From Candidatus Bathyarchaeota archaeon (GTDB taxonomy: Archaea; Thermoproteota; Bathyarchaeia; 40CM-2-53-6): a DNA stretch of 64,000 nucleotides. Below are positions 63,401 through 64,000 of this stretch, one piece after another (positions within the stretch are counted from its first letter, which is position 1; each line of letters starts with the position of its first letter). A program made the translations under genes and the position numbers. Where the stretch lies: contig CAWHWX010000001.1 in the NCBI GenBank assembly GCA_963833125.1, positions 128,001-192,000 of the forward strand, written 5' to 3'. Below the pieces are notes generated by a model. The model saw nothing but the letters and a program-made list of their open reading frames with translations, was not told the origin of the DNA and searched no databases.

Positions 63401-63601
63401 GCAAAACAGAGATCTGTGAAGCCTAGATGACGTCTTCTCTCCATCACACGAGAAATGTGACTACCCTCCCTCAACCGCTTATCACAGAGTAAGCTATCAC
63501 CCCACAACTTCGTTACTCATCTACATGTATCCCAGGCTATCATGAATCGCTCTTGGTTCATTTCGTAAAGATCCTCTCTCATTCTGCAGAGATTCAATCT
63601 A

Positions 63602-64000
63602 CTAGTCGTCCCTATTCTTCGACCTTCTCCTTGAATAGAGACCAATCAGGCCAAGGCCTAGCGCTGCTACGCCACCCAGCTCCACTAGCTCAGTGAAATC
63701 GAAGGGCTTGGTCGCAAAGGGTTGAGAACTTGTAATGGAGGTGATTGAGGTTTGTTGCTGGAGATAGACATTCGCCCAGCCGCCAGGCCACCAAAATATA
63801 TTGTCTGGAGGTGCAAAATCATTGGCGGGAAAAGACGCCCAGAATTGGGTACCGCCATTATCGTGTGATACTATTTGGTTGTCAACTACAACAATGCACA
63901 ATCTAAAGGGGTTATGCATTTCAAGCCTATTTCTGGAAGCTAGGAATTCGTAGTAAGGATGGGGTTGCGGGATTGTCGGGCTGCTAATTATTGAAAATGC
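63602..64000 (-). CDS. 3' part of a membrane-anchored surface protein (runs off the window)
   Basis: Frame is open to the window edge; T/S linker, TM 'LGGVAALGLGLIGLY' and basic tail 'SRRRSK'. Confidence 0.7.
   Translation of the reverse strand, partial: AFSIISSPTIPQPHPYYEFLASRNRLEMHNPFRLCIVVVDNQIVSHDNGGTQFWASFPANDFAPPDNIFWWPGGWANVYLQQQTSITSITSSQPFATKPFDFTELVELGGVAALGLGLIGLYSRRRSKNRDD

Overview
Archaeal chromosomal window, most likely from a TACK-lineage archaeon such as Bathyarchaeia. This is an inference from the multi-OB RPA, an arcadin-1-like gene, SepF, aCPSF1, paired proteasome beta subunits, RbkR-type RibK and a CFI-box-CTERM domain. 1-37 kb is mostly housekeeping: RPA, Lhr helicase, psmB-aCPSF1, SepF, PUA protein, Sm-rpl37e, SlyD, aminotransferases, gabT/gabD, Tat carbonic anhydrase, an orphan DNA methyltransferase, dph5-DUF357-ribL, ribK, nfi, translin, acnA and rtcA. 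Reading by hand adds features missing from the ORF track: a tRNA-Lys(CTT) split by three BHB introns, a 54-aa face-to-face-type histone, two zinc-finger microproteins, a single-TM microprotein and a 26-aa peptide with a perfect SD. 37-38 kb is a decayed toxin-antitoxin patch. 38-47 kb encodes a ~2400-aa surface protein of ~21 Cys-containing Ig-like repeats, translationally coupled to a CFI-box-CTERM protein. 47-64 kb is a surface-glycosylation region with six GT-C-like membrane proteins, a soluble glycosyltransferase and two methyltransferases. Many genes carry single-base frameshifts, most likely long-read consensus errors. All family calls are by motif recognition only; no database search was run.
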